Below are positions 11,047 to 21,223 of a stretch of DNA of 64,000 bases, piece after piece. Numbering within the stretch: position 1 is the stretch's first letter; each line of letters opens with the position of its first letter. Origin of the DNA: a virus. The stretch covers positions 442 through 64,441 of IMG/VR virus record IMGVR_UViG_2862962057_000001. The stretch is one strand, 5' to 3'. A program made the position numbers and the translations under genes. Under the pieces are notes generated by a model. That model was not told the origin of the DNA. It made no database searches and was given only the letters and a program-made list of their open reading frames with translations.

Positions 11047-11952
11047 TCACACATTTAGCAAATCATAGAAAGTACGCTCATCAATAATTTCTATATCTTG
11101 CCCCTCAAGTTTAAGCTTTTCTGCTTTCTTATGCTTTGAAGACTTCTCACCTTTAAGAATTGCATTGTAATCATTGTCACCAAGTATCAGATAGTTCGTC
11201 TGCTTAGTCACACTATTATCTAAAACACCGCCGAGATTCACTACAATCTGCTGAGCATCTTTGCGAAGCATTTTCTCAAGCTTACCGGTGAAAACCACGT
11301 GCCGATTATAGAAAAATCCATCTTTATCAACAACCACTTCATCAGGCTTAATTGCTTTGATATCTATCCCTTTACCACCGTGACTTCCGCTAACAGGCCA
11401 TAAATCTTCAATTACTAGATTCTTCTCAGCCATGCGTGTTTTAACAGCATCATATAATTCTTTCGTTGATGTGCAGTCTGATAAAGCACGGTGTTCATTA
11501 TTGTGTAAACCTAAGTAGTCAGTTAAATCGGAGAGTCTGTGATGTTGCAGCTCAGGATACAGTTTACGAGCAAATTGCATCGTATCCATATACCGGTTAG
11601 TCAGTTGTTCCTTAAATCCTTCATTCAAAAAGCGCATATCAAAAGAAGTCCTATGACCAAGGATAATGTCATCACCTATGAACGAAAGCACAGACGTTTT
11701 CACACTGCCTATAGATGGCATGCCTTCCAGCATGTCATTAGTTATTCCTGTTAATGCTGTAATAAAACCGTCTACTTCTATACTCGGTTTAATCAGCTGA
11801 TCATAACGGTCTACTATCTCATTATTTCTAACTTTTAAGATACCAATCTCAATAATCTCATTATAATACGCAGAAAAGCCGGTCGTTTCGGTATCTAGCA
11901 CACAGTAATCATCAATGAGTTGCTTAGTGTAATTTGAGTTTGAATTGGACAT
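11047..11952 (-). CDS. DnaQ-like (DEDDh) 3'-5' exonuclease with C-terminal BRCT domain
   Basis: VLDTETTG and HRALSD motifs; VFTGKL...GG...SVTKQTNYLILG. Confidence 0.9.
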   Translation of the reverse strand: MSNSNSNYTKQLIDDYCVLDTETTGFSAYYNEIIEIGILKVRNNEIVDRYDQLIKPSIEVDGFITALTGITNDMLEGMPSIGSVKTSVLSFIGDDIILGHRTSFDMRFLNEGFKEQLTNRYMDTMQFARKLYPELQHHRLSDLTDYLGLHNNEHRALSDCTSTKELYDAVKTRMAEKNLVIEDLWPVSGSHGGKGIDIKAIKPDEVVVDKDGFFYNRHVVFTGKLEKMLRKDAQQIVVNLGGVLDNSVTKQTNYLILGDNDYNAILKGEKSSKHKKAEKLKLEGQDIEIIDERTFYDLLNV

Positions 11953-12115
11953 GAAAGCACCTCCTTCATCTATTGAAATGAGCTTTTACAAATTTATCTT
12001 CTAATACTCATTATATCTTGAAAGCTAAGTGCCTTAAACATAAAAACAGGTCGATTTTAATCCTCGACCTGCTGTTTTAACTATTATCCCACCCTCATAT
12101 AAAAGTAACTCTCAT

Positions 12116-12337
12116 TTAAATCTCATCATATTTCTTTTTTAATTTATCCATATTATCAAGGTCAATCCACTCCTCGCTAAAACCACAGGCAGTGCAAATA
12201 TACCTATCAATAGGTACTGCCGACATAATTGTATGGCCAGTCATAATATTATTTCCAGTCCCATAAACCCCAGCAGATCCAGGCACAAATATAATTTCAC
12301 TTCCCCCACACTTTGGGCATTTTTTCGTATTTTTCAT
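12116..12337 (-). CDS. Small zinc-ribbon protein
   Basis: CPKC...CTAC; AGGAGG SD. Confidence 0.75.
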   Translation of the reverse strand: MKNTKKCPKCGGSEIIFVPGSAGVYGTGNNIMTGHTIMSAVPIDRYICTACGFSEEWIDLDNMDKLKKKYDEI

Positions 12338-12602
12338 AAATCCTCCTTTTTAATCTAATAATGTTCTTTTATTGTTTTGAAAAATTTCATAAAGATAGGA
12401 AGGAACGCATACCTATACATCAGGTATATATTTCTGCCAATTAAAAATTCTACGTGAAAAGAGACAGAACTACGCTGTCTGTCTGTCAAGGATTTTGTCA
12501 GTTTTTTCATGGCTTGCCAACCTTTTATGCTAACTTTTCTTGAGTTAATCATACAAGAAAAAATCTATATTGACTTGCCTTCATATATTGTATATTTGTT
12601 AT

Positions 12603-12915
12603 TTACTCGTCTACTTTCATTACACTCCCATCAAGGAAGATAATATCAACCTTTCCATCTTGATGCACGATTAGATAGTAAACCATGCTAAGCCAGACGT
12701 TTTCATCGAACACTGTTAACAAGTCCTGTTTTTTCAAGTCCTCGATAAAATATTCAACTTCATCATGCCTCATTTGCTTGTCAACAATGCGAGCTTTTAC
12801 TTCCTTAAGCCTTGATTCTACAGTATTAAACCTGTTCACTAGACTCGTATATTTTTTCTCATACTCATCCTGGTTCTGCAATTTCCGTGCATTTTCATTG
12901 ATACAGTTGTTAATC
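12603..12915 (-). pseudogene. C-terminal fragment of a large serine recombinase
   Basis: QNQDEYEKKY coiled coil and FDENVWLSMV...IIFLDG ending typical of these recombinases. Confidence 0.65.
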
Positions 12916-12983
12916 TTTTAACGATTACCCTAACTAATCACCGGCTAAACAGGACGGACATTGAGCCTGACTTTAAGATTCAT

Positions 12984-13025
12984 AAAAAGAAGTGACTATT
13001 ACTGACAGAGATCAGTAATAGTCAC
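12984..13025 (-). terminator. Intrinsic terminator of the 59-aa ORF
   Basis: GTGACTATTACTGA/TCAGTAATAGTCAC stem plus U-rich tail on the minus strand. Confidence 0.8.
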
Positions 13026-13067
13026 CCAACGTGAGATATTCAACTATTGACTTGAACCAAACAAAAT

Positions 13068-13247
13068 TCAATCAGTCTTTCGAAGGACAGTCTTAAGCGA
13101 GATCACTGTGACACCAATAGCAAAAGAGGTAAAACCAATTCTAATAGCAAGTGTGCCATCCCATATTAAGGCAACCAGCATCGCGATTAAGGCAACCGTC
13201 AAGCCGAATGTCGCTACTTCACGGCAAAAACGAACGAGCTTGTCCAT
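13068..13247 (-). CDS. 59-aa two-TM membrane protein (not in the ORF track)
   Basis: MDKLVRFCREVATFGLTVALIAMLVALIWDG...; GAGGAGGT SD; terminator downstream. Confidence 0.7.
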   Translation of the reverse strand: MDKLVRFCREVATFGLTVALIAMLVALIWDGTLAIRIGFTSFAIGVTVISLKTVLRKTD

Positions 13248-13565
13248 TCCTTAAATACCTCCTCGTTCACATACTAATAATCAGGTTTCATTTTAACTTT
13301 TGAGCTATATTTTACCACTCAACAAAGTGGGTGCAGGGTGGGTGCAAAGTGTGTGCACTTTTTAACGTTAACATCCTGTGCACTCGACCCTAGAGCGTCG
13401 ATATCTTACCTCATACAGAAAAATAGCACTCAAAAATCACGCCAAGCCAGCCTAAAGCCGCCACTCACTAAACCTTTTAACGATAGCCCTCGCTAAACCC
13501 TGCTATACAAGGGCAAAATGCACCCACCTATTAAGCCCTTGACATCAATACGACAGTCTCACGTG
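13243..13565 (-). repeat. att-arm repeat including leader and RBS; rumA-like tail H-ETVVLMSRA* (13531-13565, 1-nt deletion)
   Basis: Aligns with 16251-16656 and 1479-1705. Confidence 0.9.
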
Positions 13566-13699
13566 TATCAAGACTACCCTGATGATAACCATGCATCAAA
13601 AAAAGAGCCTTAACGTTCGTTGCAGGAAAGAAGCTGACAAGGGGAATGTCGTATGATGATAAAAGTCTAAGACACTACAAACTGGGATTTGGATTTTAC

Positions 13700-15178
13700 T
13701 TAAAATTGTATTATTTTATTAGCGATATCTTCTACAAATCGCTTATCGTGTTCCACAAATATGAGTGTAGGCTTTGCTTCTTTTATAATTTCCTCAATCT
13801 GTATTCTTGATATTACATCTATATAATTCAGTGGTTCGTCCCAAACAAACATATGAGCTGGCTTTGAGAAACTTACAGCAATTAAAACTTTCTTTTTTTG
13901 TCCATCACTATAATTCTTCATATCCATTTCAAATAATTCTCTTGAAAAATCTAATTTTCTTAGAATTGTTTTACACAATGTTTCATCAACATCTTGCTTG
14001 TGAATATATTCATTTAGGCTACCTGTTAAATTAGATGTGTCTTGAGGAATATACGAGATTTTTAAATTACCTGCTAATTTTATCTCACCTGTATACTCGT
14101 GATTTATACCTAATAAAATTTTAATCAAGGTTGATTTTCCGCTACCATTACCCCCATATATAGCCACTATATCGCCTTGCTTTATCTCAAAACTTACATT
14201 ACTTAATATCTGTCTCTCTCCATAGCATGATGATAAATTGCTAACCGATATTAGAGGATTTTTATGATGATGTAGCGGATGCAGTAATAGGCTTTCCTTT
14301 ATTTCGATATCTTTTAGTAAACTCTGTTTTTCTTCTATTGCCTTGTTTTGTCTATTCTCCAAATTCTTAGATTTTTTCATCATCTTGGCTGATTGATGAC
14401 CTATACGTCCTTTGTCTGGTTTTACACCTGATACTTTCACACCATTTTTAGTATTCTCAATTTTATCAGACCAAATTTGACTTTGTCTTGCAGCCTCTTT
14501 TAATCGTTTAATATCTTTTCTTAATCTCTCATTTTGACTAATTTCAAATTGGTCTTTCATCACTTTGTTTGCATACCATGATGTAAAATTTCCCGATTGG
14601 ACATCAATAGAATTCCTGTTAATAGAAATAACATGATTGATACAACCATCTAAAAAATCTCTATCATGAGATATAAGCAAAAATCCTTTTTTACTTTTCA
14701 GATATTCACTTACAATTTTTCTTCCGTCCATATCTAAATGGTTTGTTGGTTCATCAATAAGTAAAAAGCCATCTTCTCTTGTAAACAAAATAGCTAAAAG
14801 GATTTTTGTTTGTTCCCCTTTAGAAAGCGTTTCAAACTCTCTGTAAACAAGGTTCTCATCTACATTTAGCAAACTGAGTTCTCTAAATAACTTCCATTCT
14901 TCATCATCTGATATTAGTTCTTTATATAACTCAATTCCTAATTTTGAAGTATCGCTTATATTTGGTGGAAATTTAATAAATTCAACATCCTTGCTTATTT
15001 TACCTTGATAAGTTTCTTGATTTAAAAGTAACTTAAATAGAGTTGATTTACCGATTCCATTTCTTCCTATCAATCCCGTTTTCCAGTTTGTATCAAAGGA
15101 AAACGATACATTTTTAAATATGGGTTTTACATATCCATAATATGAGAAAGTGAGGTTTTCAATTTTAATTACTGACAT
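13700..15178 (-). CDS. lsa(C): ABC-F ribosomal protection protein Lsa(C) (lincosamide, streptogramin A and pleuromutilin resistance)
   Basis: 492 aa, two ABC domains, no TM helix; N-terminus MSVIKIENLTFSYYGYVKP..FSFDTNWKTGLIGRNG recognised as Lsa(C)-like. Confidence 0.88.
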   Translation of the reverse strand: MSVIKIENLTFSYYGYVKPIFKNVSFSFDTNWKTGLIGRNGIGKSTLFKLLLNQETYQGKISKDVEFIKFPPNISDTSKLGIELYKELISDDEEWKLFRELSLLNVDENLVYREFETLSKGEQTKILLAILFTREDGFLLIDEPTNHLDMDGRKIVSEYLKSKKGFLLISHDRDFLDGCINHVISINRNSIDVQSGNFTSWYANKVMKDQFEISQNERLRKDIKRLKEAARQSQIWSDKIENTKNGVKVSGVKPDKGRIGHQSAKMMKKSKNLENRQNKAIEEKQSLLKDIEIKESLLLHPLHHHKNPLISVSNLSSCYGERQILSNVSFEIKQGDIVAIYGGNGSGKSTLIKILLGINHEYTGEIKLAGNLKISYIPQDTSNLTGSLNEYIHKQDVDETLCKTILRKLDFSRELFEMDMKNYSDGQKKKVLIAVSFSKPAHMFVWDEPLNYIDVISRIQIEEIIKEAKPTLIFVEHDKRFVEDIANKIIQF

Positions 15179-15285
15179 AAAACGCCTCCCTAAATTATCA
15201 TTTACCGCCCGGGTGCAAAGTGTGTGCACCTTTTAACGTTTAGTTTTTCATGTATTACTACGGTTATCACTGCTTTGCTTTTCAG

Positions 15286-15570
15286 TCATTTCAATTCTCG
15301 ATTAGGTAATTTTCCAGTTCTCAAAGCGACAGTAACAAACTCAACCTCTTGCAAGCACTTCTCGCAAAGTTCATAACCTTCATTGAAGTTCACTCTTGAC
15401 CTAAATGTGCTAGCAATGAATTCGCATGGTGAGGTGATCCTTTCAACTACACCGCACCGTTCGCACTCAGCATACACATTCCCATCCTTAATCGGAATAA
15501 ACATTCCATGATCTTTCTCATTTCCCATGACGCTAACATCTTCGAAATCATCAAATTTTACATAGAGCAT
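15286..15570 (-). CDS. Hypothetical Cys-rich protein
   Basis: CERC...CEKC; AGGAGG SD. Confidence 0.65.
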   Translation of the reverse strand: MLYVKFDDFEDVSVMGNEKDHGMFIPIKDGNVYAECERCGVVERITSPCEFIASTFRSRVNFNEGYELCEKCLQEVEFVTVALRTGKLPNRELK

Positions 15571-15661
15571 ATACGGCTTCCTCCTTTATCGGTATGTCTA
15601 TATACGCTCTAATTCCAACTTATATCAAGTTTTATTGCTTCTTTTTTGATCTATATGTCTG

Positions 15662-16255
15662 CTACTTCGCAATAGCTTTCCCATTAAGACAGTGCACCAT
15701 GTAATGCGCAAATCCATCGTTTTTACAATTTACCTTCTTCTTATCTGAAACCTCGGTGACACCATTCTCACAATCTACTTCAAGGCTTGCATCCTTGGTG
15801 ATTGTTCCTTCTAAAATACTCATGCCATTTAACGTATCAAGCGTACAAACATGAGTTACTTCTACGTTTGTTGCTGAAGCCAACCCATTATAACATTTAA
15901 GAAAGACATCATCCGCCTTCAAATTAACAACTTCTACCTTGCCATTGTTCACTTCTACATAAAGCTTACCAATCTCAATATCCGTGATGAGCACTTGATT
16001 AGAATCAGATTCAACCTCACAAACTTCCACATCATGTGGCAAACTCACAAGAATTTCAGGCATACCCTGAGTAAACCACCTCAGCCAATTCGAAGCTGAA
16101 ACTTTTTTAGTTTGAATAAGCCTTATAACATTTTGCGCATCCTCAACCCTCAATATATCTTGTTCACAGTTAACAAAGCTCACGCCAAAGGTATCAGCAC
16201 GTTTCACCGTTAAACGAACATCTTTCGTCTCTGCGATAAACTTCTTATTATCCAT
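15662..16255 (-). CDS. DUF4097-like beta-strand repeat protein
   Basis: Repeated xNG turns; GAGGAGGT SD. Confidence 0.6.
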   Translation of the reverse strand: MDNKKFIAETKDVRLTVKRADTFGVSFVNCEQDILRVEDAQNVIRLIQTKKVSASNWLRWFTQGMPEILVSLPHDVEVCEVESDSNQVLITDIEIGKLYVEVNNGKVEVVNLKADDVFLKCYNGLASATNVEVTHVCTLDTLNGMSILEGTITKDASLEVDCENGVTEVSDKKKVNCKNDGFAHYMVHCLNGKAIAK

Positions 16256-16785
16256 TCCTTAAGCACCTCCTCGTGCACATACTAATAATCAGGTTTCATT
16301 TTACCTTTTGAGCTATATTTTCCCACTTCACAGCCTGGGTGCAAAGTGGCGAATCGACTTGCATGAGCGATTAAATATAATTCGCGAATGCACTTCGATT
16401 CGCTGAGCTTGCTCAGAGTTGAAAGCACAGTGTGCTTTCAACGCAAGCGAAGTACGTTAACATCCTGTGCACTCGACCCTATAGTGTAGACATGTTTACT
16501 CAAACAGCCAAACTGCGCTCAAAAACCGCGAGAACCCAGCTTAAAGCCGCTTCGCATTAAACCTTTTAACGATAGCCCTCGCTAACCCCTGCTACACAAG
16601 GGCAAACTTGCACCCACCTAATCAGCCTTTGACATCAATACAACACTCTCGACGTGGATTGAGAGAACTCCAAGTATAGCTACACTTTTTTGAGTGCACA
16701 CTCTTGATAGTGGGTGCACTTTTTAACGATAGGGAAAGCTATCGTTAAAAGGTTTAAGATTGGCTTAATAGCTTGATTTTTGAGC
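16251..16785 (-). repeat. Composite att junction at the prophage end, crossover near 16655-16657
   Basis: rumA-like tail HVESVVLMSKAD* at 16618-16656; perfect 20-bp IR at 16557-16576 and 16738-16757. Confidence 0.8.
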
Positions 16786-16787
16786 AT

Positions 16788-16821
16788 AAAAAACAGCCTA
16801 GAAAGGATTCCCCCTAGGCTG
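16788..16821 (-). terminator. Terminator after the recombinase operon
   Basis: CAGCCTAG/CTAGGCTG stem plus U6. Confidence 0.75.
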
Positions 16822-16860
16822 ACTTTTGTAACATTTCAAACACTCACAGTCTTTTGACTT

Positions 16861-18438
16861 TTACGATGCCCTTTCAACATCAACACTAATCTCTGATTTA
16901 AAAGTTACGCTGAACCTATCCTCGTAAACTTTTATTTTCTTGATGTACTTTCTTACCAGCTTCTCATCATACTCACTAATATCGTGACGCTCACTTTTCA
17001 GAAAATCTTCCATTTCTCTGATTCGTCTTTTAGCATCTTCTTGACCTGCTTCTTCTATAAGAAGCTGCTGTTTCTTACCTTTAAGCTCATCAATCTCATC
17101 AGCTATTTTCGTGTAGTCTTTTTTAGCTTTAAGCAAGGTTAGTAGTATCGCTTGTTTGTCCGCGATTTTTTTATCAACCGTTTCAAGCTCACTTAAGTTA
17201 TTGCCCGCGATAATTTCTCTAATATTATTCTTCAACGTATCCAATACTTCATCCGATATACTAAACACCTTGTTTATGGCTTTCACTGTAGCAGACTGCA
17301 GTTCTTCCTCTTTTACTGTCGGAGCATCACAAGCACTAGGACCATTTTCCCATCTGGTACAACAACGCCAAACAACAGAACGTACTCCTCGATTGTTCCA
17401 AGCAATTCTTCTATAAACATCCCCGCATTTAGCACAAACACATAAGCTGGATAAAGCGTACTTACTGGAATAAACTCTCCTTTTTTTATTCTCCTCACCA
17501 CTAAACATGTTGGCTCGTCTTACCATTTCTTCTTGAACTTTAAAGAAAATATCTCTTGAAATAATAGACGCGTGGCTATCTTTTACATAATACTGTGGTT
17601 CTGTTCCATCATTTTTTATACGAACATGATTAATAAAATCTGTCGTGATGGTTTTTTGTAAAAGAGCATCACCAATATATTTTTCGTTTTGCAAAATGGT
17701 TTTAATATTAGACAAGTGCCATTTTAAATGTCCCGCACCGTTTTTAACACCGTCTTTTTCAAGACCCTCCGCTATATCTCTAAGACTTGCTCCTTCTAAA
17801 TATTCTCTATAAATCCTTCTTACGACTTTTGCTTCCTTTTCAAGAATTACAAGATTCCCTTCATCATCTTTTGTGTATCCTAAAAACCAGTTATGGTTGA
17901 TTTGCACTTTGCCTTCCTGGTAGCGAAACTTAAGTCCAAGCTTCACATTCTGAGAAAGCGATGCGGATTCCTGTTGAGCTAAAGAAGCCATGATAGTAAG
18001 CAATAGTTCTCCACTTGCTTCCATGGTGTTGATGTTTTCTTTTTCAAAAATGATCGGAATGTTTTTGTCTTTCAACTGCCTAACAAACTTTAAACAGTCG
18101 ATAGTGTTTCTCGCAAAACGGCTAATCGACTTAGTGATAACCATGTCTACTTTGCCACTCATGCAATCGTGGATCATGTCGTTGAAACCGACACGTTTTT
18201 TCGTGCTAGTTCCTGAAATACCGTCATCAGCGTAAATGCCAGCAAACTCCCAGAGAGGATTTCTTGAAATATAATCCGTATAATGCTGAACTTGCGTGTC
18301 ATAACTTGTTGCCTGTTCTTCACTGTCAGTACTAACACGACAATACGCTACTACTCTTAACTTCGGCTTATCTTTATGCTTATCTACCGTATTCCCCGCT
18401 ATTTTTCTTGGTGGAATAATTGTAACGTTGGCACTCAT
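16861..18438 (-). CDS. Large serine recombinase (integrase)
   Basis: [14 protein letters not shown] and KSISRFARN motifs; recombinase, zinc-ribbon and coiled-coil domains. Confidence 0.95.
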   Translation of the reverse strand: MSANVTIIPPRKIAGNTVDKHKDKPKLRVVAYCRVSTDSEEQATSYDTQVQHYTDYISRNPLWEFAGIYADDGISGTSTKKRVGFNDMIHDCMSGKVDMVITKSISRFARNTIDCLKFVRQLKDKNIPIIFEKENINTMEASGELLLTIMASLAQQESASLSQNVKLGLKFRYQEGKVQINHNWFLGYTKDDEGNLVILEKEAKVVRRIYREYLEGASLRDIAEGLEKDGVKNGAGHLKWHLSNIKTILQNEKYIGDALLQKTITTDFINHVRIKNDGTEPQYYVKDSHASIISRDIFFKVQEEMVRRANMFSGEENKKRRVYSSKYALSSLCVCAKCGDVYRRIAWNNRGVRSVVWRCCTRWENGPSACDAPTVKEEELQSATVKAINKVFSISDEVLDTLKNNIREIIAGNNLSELETVDKKIADKQAILLTLLKAKKDYTKIADEIDELKGKKQQLLIEEAGQEDAKRRIREMEDFLKSERHDISEYDEKLVRKYIKKIKVYEDRFSVTFKSEISVDVERAS

Positions 18439-18845
18439 TTCACACCTCCCTTGATTTGACTGTACGCGTATACTGCTTGCCGATAAGGATCATCATATTT
18501 CTTTTCTATAACACCTATTTCGTACGTAACATTTGTTGTAATTAAAGGTTTTAGCTCTGTTGTACGAGGTCTTTTTCTAAAATTGTTCGCTCTTAACTGC
18601 TGAACTTTATAAAAAGTTTCTTCATCTAAAAGACTCGGGTAAAGCGATGTTCCTAAGTACGTTTTATTTTTCAAAATATTACTAATTACAGAATGTGTTT
18701 TATCAATGTTCACCGCTCGAGCCGTTTCAGAAATCGTTCCAATTTCTAAGAATTTACTGAAAAGCTCTATCACTTTCAGAGCTTCTTTTTCGTCTATAAC
18801 CGCTTTACCGTCTACTATTCGGTAACCATATGGGATGTGTGCCAT
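18435..18845 (-). CDS. Small recombinase-domain protein without catalytic domain
   Basis: MAHIPYGY...[11 protein letters not shown]. Confidence 0.8.
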   Translation of the reverse strand: MAHIPYGYRIVDGKAVIDEKEALKVIELFSKFLEIGTISETARAVNIDKTHSVISNILKNKTYLGTSLYPSLLDEETFYKVQQLRANNFRKRPRTTELKPLITTNVTYEIGVIEKKYDDPYRQAVYAYSQIKGGVK

Positions 18846-20410
18846 GTTTCTTTCACCTCTTCTTCTAATTCCAATCCGCATTTCAAATGAAAAATGAATT
18901 CTTTTCTGCTTTTAACTACGACATTGTCTACAAAATCTAGAAAATCCTCGTCCTTAAACTCGCTAAATACTTCTGTGACGCTTACGAACCGTTGAAGTTT
19001 TTGCGCCTCGTTTAAGTGCGTTAAGTTACCGTTTAAACTGTTGGAAAGCTGAAGTTTTTCCTTAAGACAAGTATCTATTTCCGTTTTAAGCTGATTGCTT
19101 TCCAGATAGTAGGAATCCATCTCAATGTAGCCACCGGCTAAAAGCTTACTGAGTACTTGCTCCTGTTCTTGCAATTTAGCTATTTTTTCTTCAAGTTCAA
19201 TAACCTTGTTCAATCCGTCTTTACTATTCACGTTTCTTAAGCTTTTTATGAAAGGCGTTAATATTTGAGCGTATGTTGCTTTGAGCTTGTTAAGCATTTG
19301 AAGAAAAGCTAATTTAACATACTCCTCTTTTACAGCTTTCATAGGGCAGCATTTAGCATCATGTATATGCTTGGTACAACACCAAACAACATAGGCTCCA
19401 TCTTTTTTATGCCGGTCGTGTTTCTTTAACCGACTATGGCAATTACCGCAGTAAAGTTTCCCTGAAAACACATATCTAGCAAGGTATTTATTACTACCGC
19501 TGGTGATATTTAGTTTTAATTTTCTCTTCTGTCTAAGCTCATGCACAAGATTAAAAGTTTCATGACTGATGATAGCCTCGTGATGGTTTTCAATAACATA
19601 CTGTTTTTTCTCGCCACAGTTTTTATGGCGGTTAAAACTATCATCCGTAAATGTCTTTTGAAAAATCACATCCCCTGTGTATGTTTTATTAGTCAGAACA
19701 GCGTTCACGGTAGTCGAAGACCATTTAGCTCCTCTTTTCGCAGGAATCTTTTTATCGGTCAATACTCGTGCTATTGCTTTTCCGCCCATGCCGGAAAGAG
19801 CCATGTTGAAAATTTCTTTTACTACCTTGGCTTGCTCTGGAACTATAATCATTTTCTTATTCTCGTTTTTATACCCATACGCAGGGCAGGGAATGACGAA
19901 GCTTCCGTTTTCGAACCTTTTTTGGATTGACCACGTGTTGTTTTCCGAGATGGATTTTGATTCGCTTTGTGCAATAGAACTCAGGATAGATAGCATGAGC
20001 TCTGAACTCATATGCTCGGTATCAATGTTTTCTTTCTCAAAATACAAATAAATACCGAGACCGGTAAGTTTTCTAACTATTTCAAGACAGTCAACCGTGT
20101 TTCTTGCAAGCCTACTAATAGACTTTGTAATAATCCTGTCTATTTGACCGCTCTGACAGTCTTTAAGCAGTTGTTTAAGACTTTCACGTTTATCGATTTT
20201 CGTGCCGCTAATACCCTCGTCAAAGTAAAGTCCCGCATACTCCCAGCAGGGATTAGACTTAATATAGTTTTCGTAATGCTCCTTTTGCACTTCTAGACTG
20301 AGAAGCTGCTCATCACTATCACTAGAAACTCTCGCATACGCTGCAACCCGTATTTTTCTAAGAGAATTATCCGGCTGTTTGGCTTCCAGTTTTGTTATCA
20401 TTTTCATCAT
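18815..20410 (-). CDS. Large serine recombinase
   Basis: AAYARVSS, DEGISGT and KSISRLARN motifs; zinc ribbon. Confidence 0.95.
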   Translation of the reverse strand: MMKMITKLEAKQPDNSLRKIRVAAYARVSSDSDEQLLSLEVQKEHYENYIKSNPCWEYAGLYFDEGISGTKIDKRESLKQLLKDCQSGQIDRIITKSISRLARNTVDCLEIVRKLTGLGIYLYFEKENIDTEHMSSELMLSILSSIAQSESKSISENNTWSIQKRFENGSFVIPCPAYGYKNENKKMIIVPEQAKVVKEIFNMALSGMGGKAIARVLTDKKIPAKRGAKWSSTTVNAVLTNKTYTGDVIFQKTFTDDSFNRHKNCGEKKQYVIENHHEAIISHETFNLVHELRQKRKLKLNITSGSNKYLARYVFSGKLYCGNCHSRLKKHDRHKKDGAYVVWCCTKHIHDAKCCPMKAVKEEYVKLAFLQMLNKLKATYAQILTPFIKSLRNVNSKDGLNKVIELEEKIAKLQEQEQVLSKLLAGGYIEMDSYYLESNQLKTEIDTCLKEKLQLSNSLNGNLTHLNEAQKLQRFVSVTEVFSEFKDEDFLDFVDNVVVKSRKEFIFHLKCGLELEEEVKETWHTSHMVTE

Positions 20411-20468
20411 CTCACCTCACTTTCAGCTAATACTATTCATCACTCTAAAAGCAGTGTTTATCAAGCTT

Positions 20469-20681
20469 TTAACCCAATAATTCCTTGTAAAACGGGTGAA
20501 ATTTTTCCCTGTTAAGACGGCTTATTTTTTCTTTTTCTTGCTCGCTGATAAGCCCTTTTTTAAAGAGTGAAACGGTAAGTTTTTCGGCTATTTCAAAACG
20601 AAAATCCGCCTGCATACTCTCTTTTGTCCAAGCCCTCGCTTTAACATCCGTTAGCCCGTGAGCATCATTACTTATTTGCAT
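20469..20681 (-). CDS. Small SHOCT-like protein of the recombination module
   Basis: LFKKGLISEQE motif; lies before the recombinases. Confidence 0.65.
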   Translation of the reverse strand: MQISNDAHGLTDVKARAWTKESMQADFRFEIAEKLTVSLFKKGLISEQEKEKISRLNREKFHPFYKELLG

Positions 20682-21075
20682 GACGTCCACCTTCAAAACG
20701 ATGTTCTATATAGCAGGCGTGGCAGCAGTATTTTCTGGTTTTATTACCGTAAGAGATAAAAGAATTTTTGCAGTTAAGACAAGCACACTCATAGTTTGCC
20801 TGTCTTTTTACCAACTGTGTATGCTTGTTCCACCACGTGTTTCTACACGCGTCAGAACAGAAACGTTTAACTTTACGACCAGCATTCTGTTTAACAGGCT
20901 TAGCGCATAAATCACATAATTGAACGCTATTGCCAACATTTACGCCGCCAAGATTGTTGCGCTTACAGTAGCTTTTAACCGTATCAACTGAAAGATTTAA
21001 CTGTTTAGCTATTTTCGTATAGCCAAACCCTTCACTACGAAGTTGTATGACTTGCTGTTTTTCTTCCATATTCAT
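20668..21075 (-). CDS. HTH (sigma region-4-like) plus zinc-finger protein
   Basis: GFGYTKIAKQLNLSVDTVKSYCKR; FCSDACR and YCCHAC; AAGGAGG SD. Confidence 0.8.
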   Translation of the reverse strand: MNMEEKQQVIQLRSEGFGYTKIAKQLNLSVDTVKSYCKRNNLGGVNVGNSVQLCDLCAKPVKQNAGRKVKRFCSDACRNTWWNKHTQLVKRQANYECACLNCKNSFISYGNKTRKYCCHACYIEHRFEGGRHANK

Positions 21076-21093
21076 TTGCCTGTGCCTCCTTAC

Positions 21094-21127
21094 ATCACAG
21101 GCAAAGAAAAAACAGTGTTTTTTAACC
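21094..21127 (-). promoter_or_regulatory. Conserved phage motif GGTTAAAAA-N7-TTTTTCTTTGCCTGTGAT, copy 1
   Basis: The fixed parts are identical at 50319-50352 and 55716-55749. Confidence 0.75.
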
Positions 21128-21158
21128 TCTTGACTTGATAATTTAACCTTAAAAAATA

Positions 21159-21206
21159 AAAAAAAGCCCGAGGATTGCTCCAATGTAGGAACAAGCCTCG
21201 GGCTTT
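21159..21206 (-). terminator. Terminator after the lysin
   Basis: AAAGCCCGAGG/CCTCGGGCTTT stem plus U-run. Confidence 0.8.
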
Positions 21207-21223
21207 ACATGTTTCAAACTGTT

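Noticed and set aside
1479..16785. Repeats as a CRISPR array or classical integron attC sites
   Set aside because: Units exceed 200 bp and are kilobases apart; there are no cas genes or tyrosine integrase
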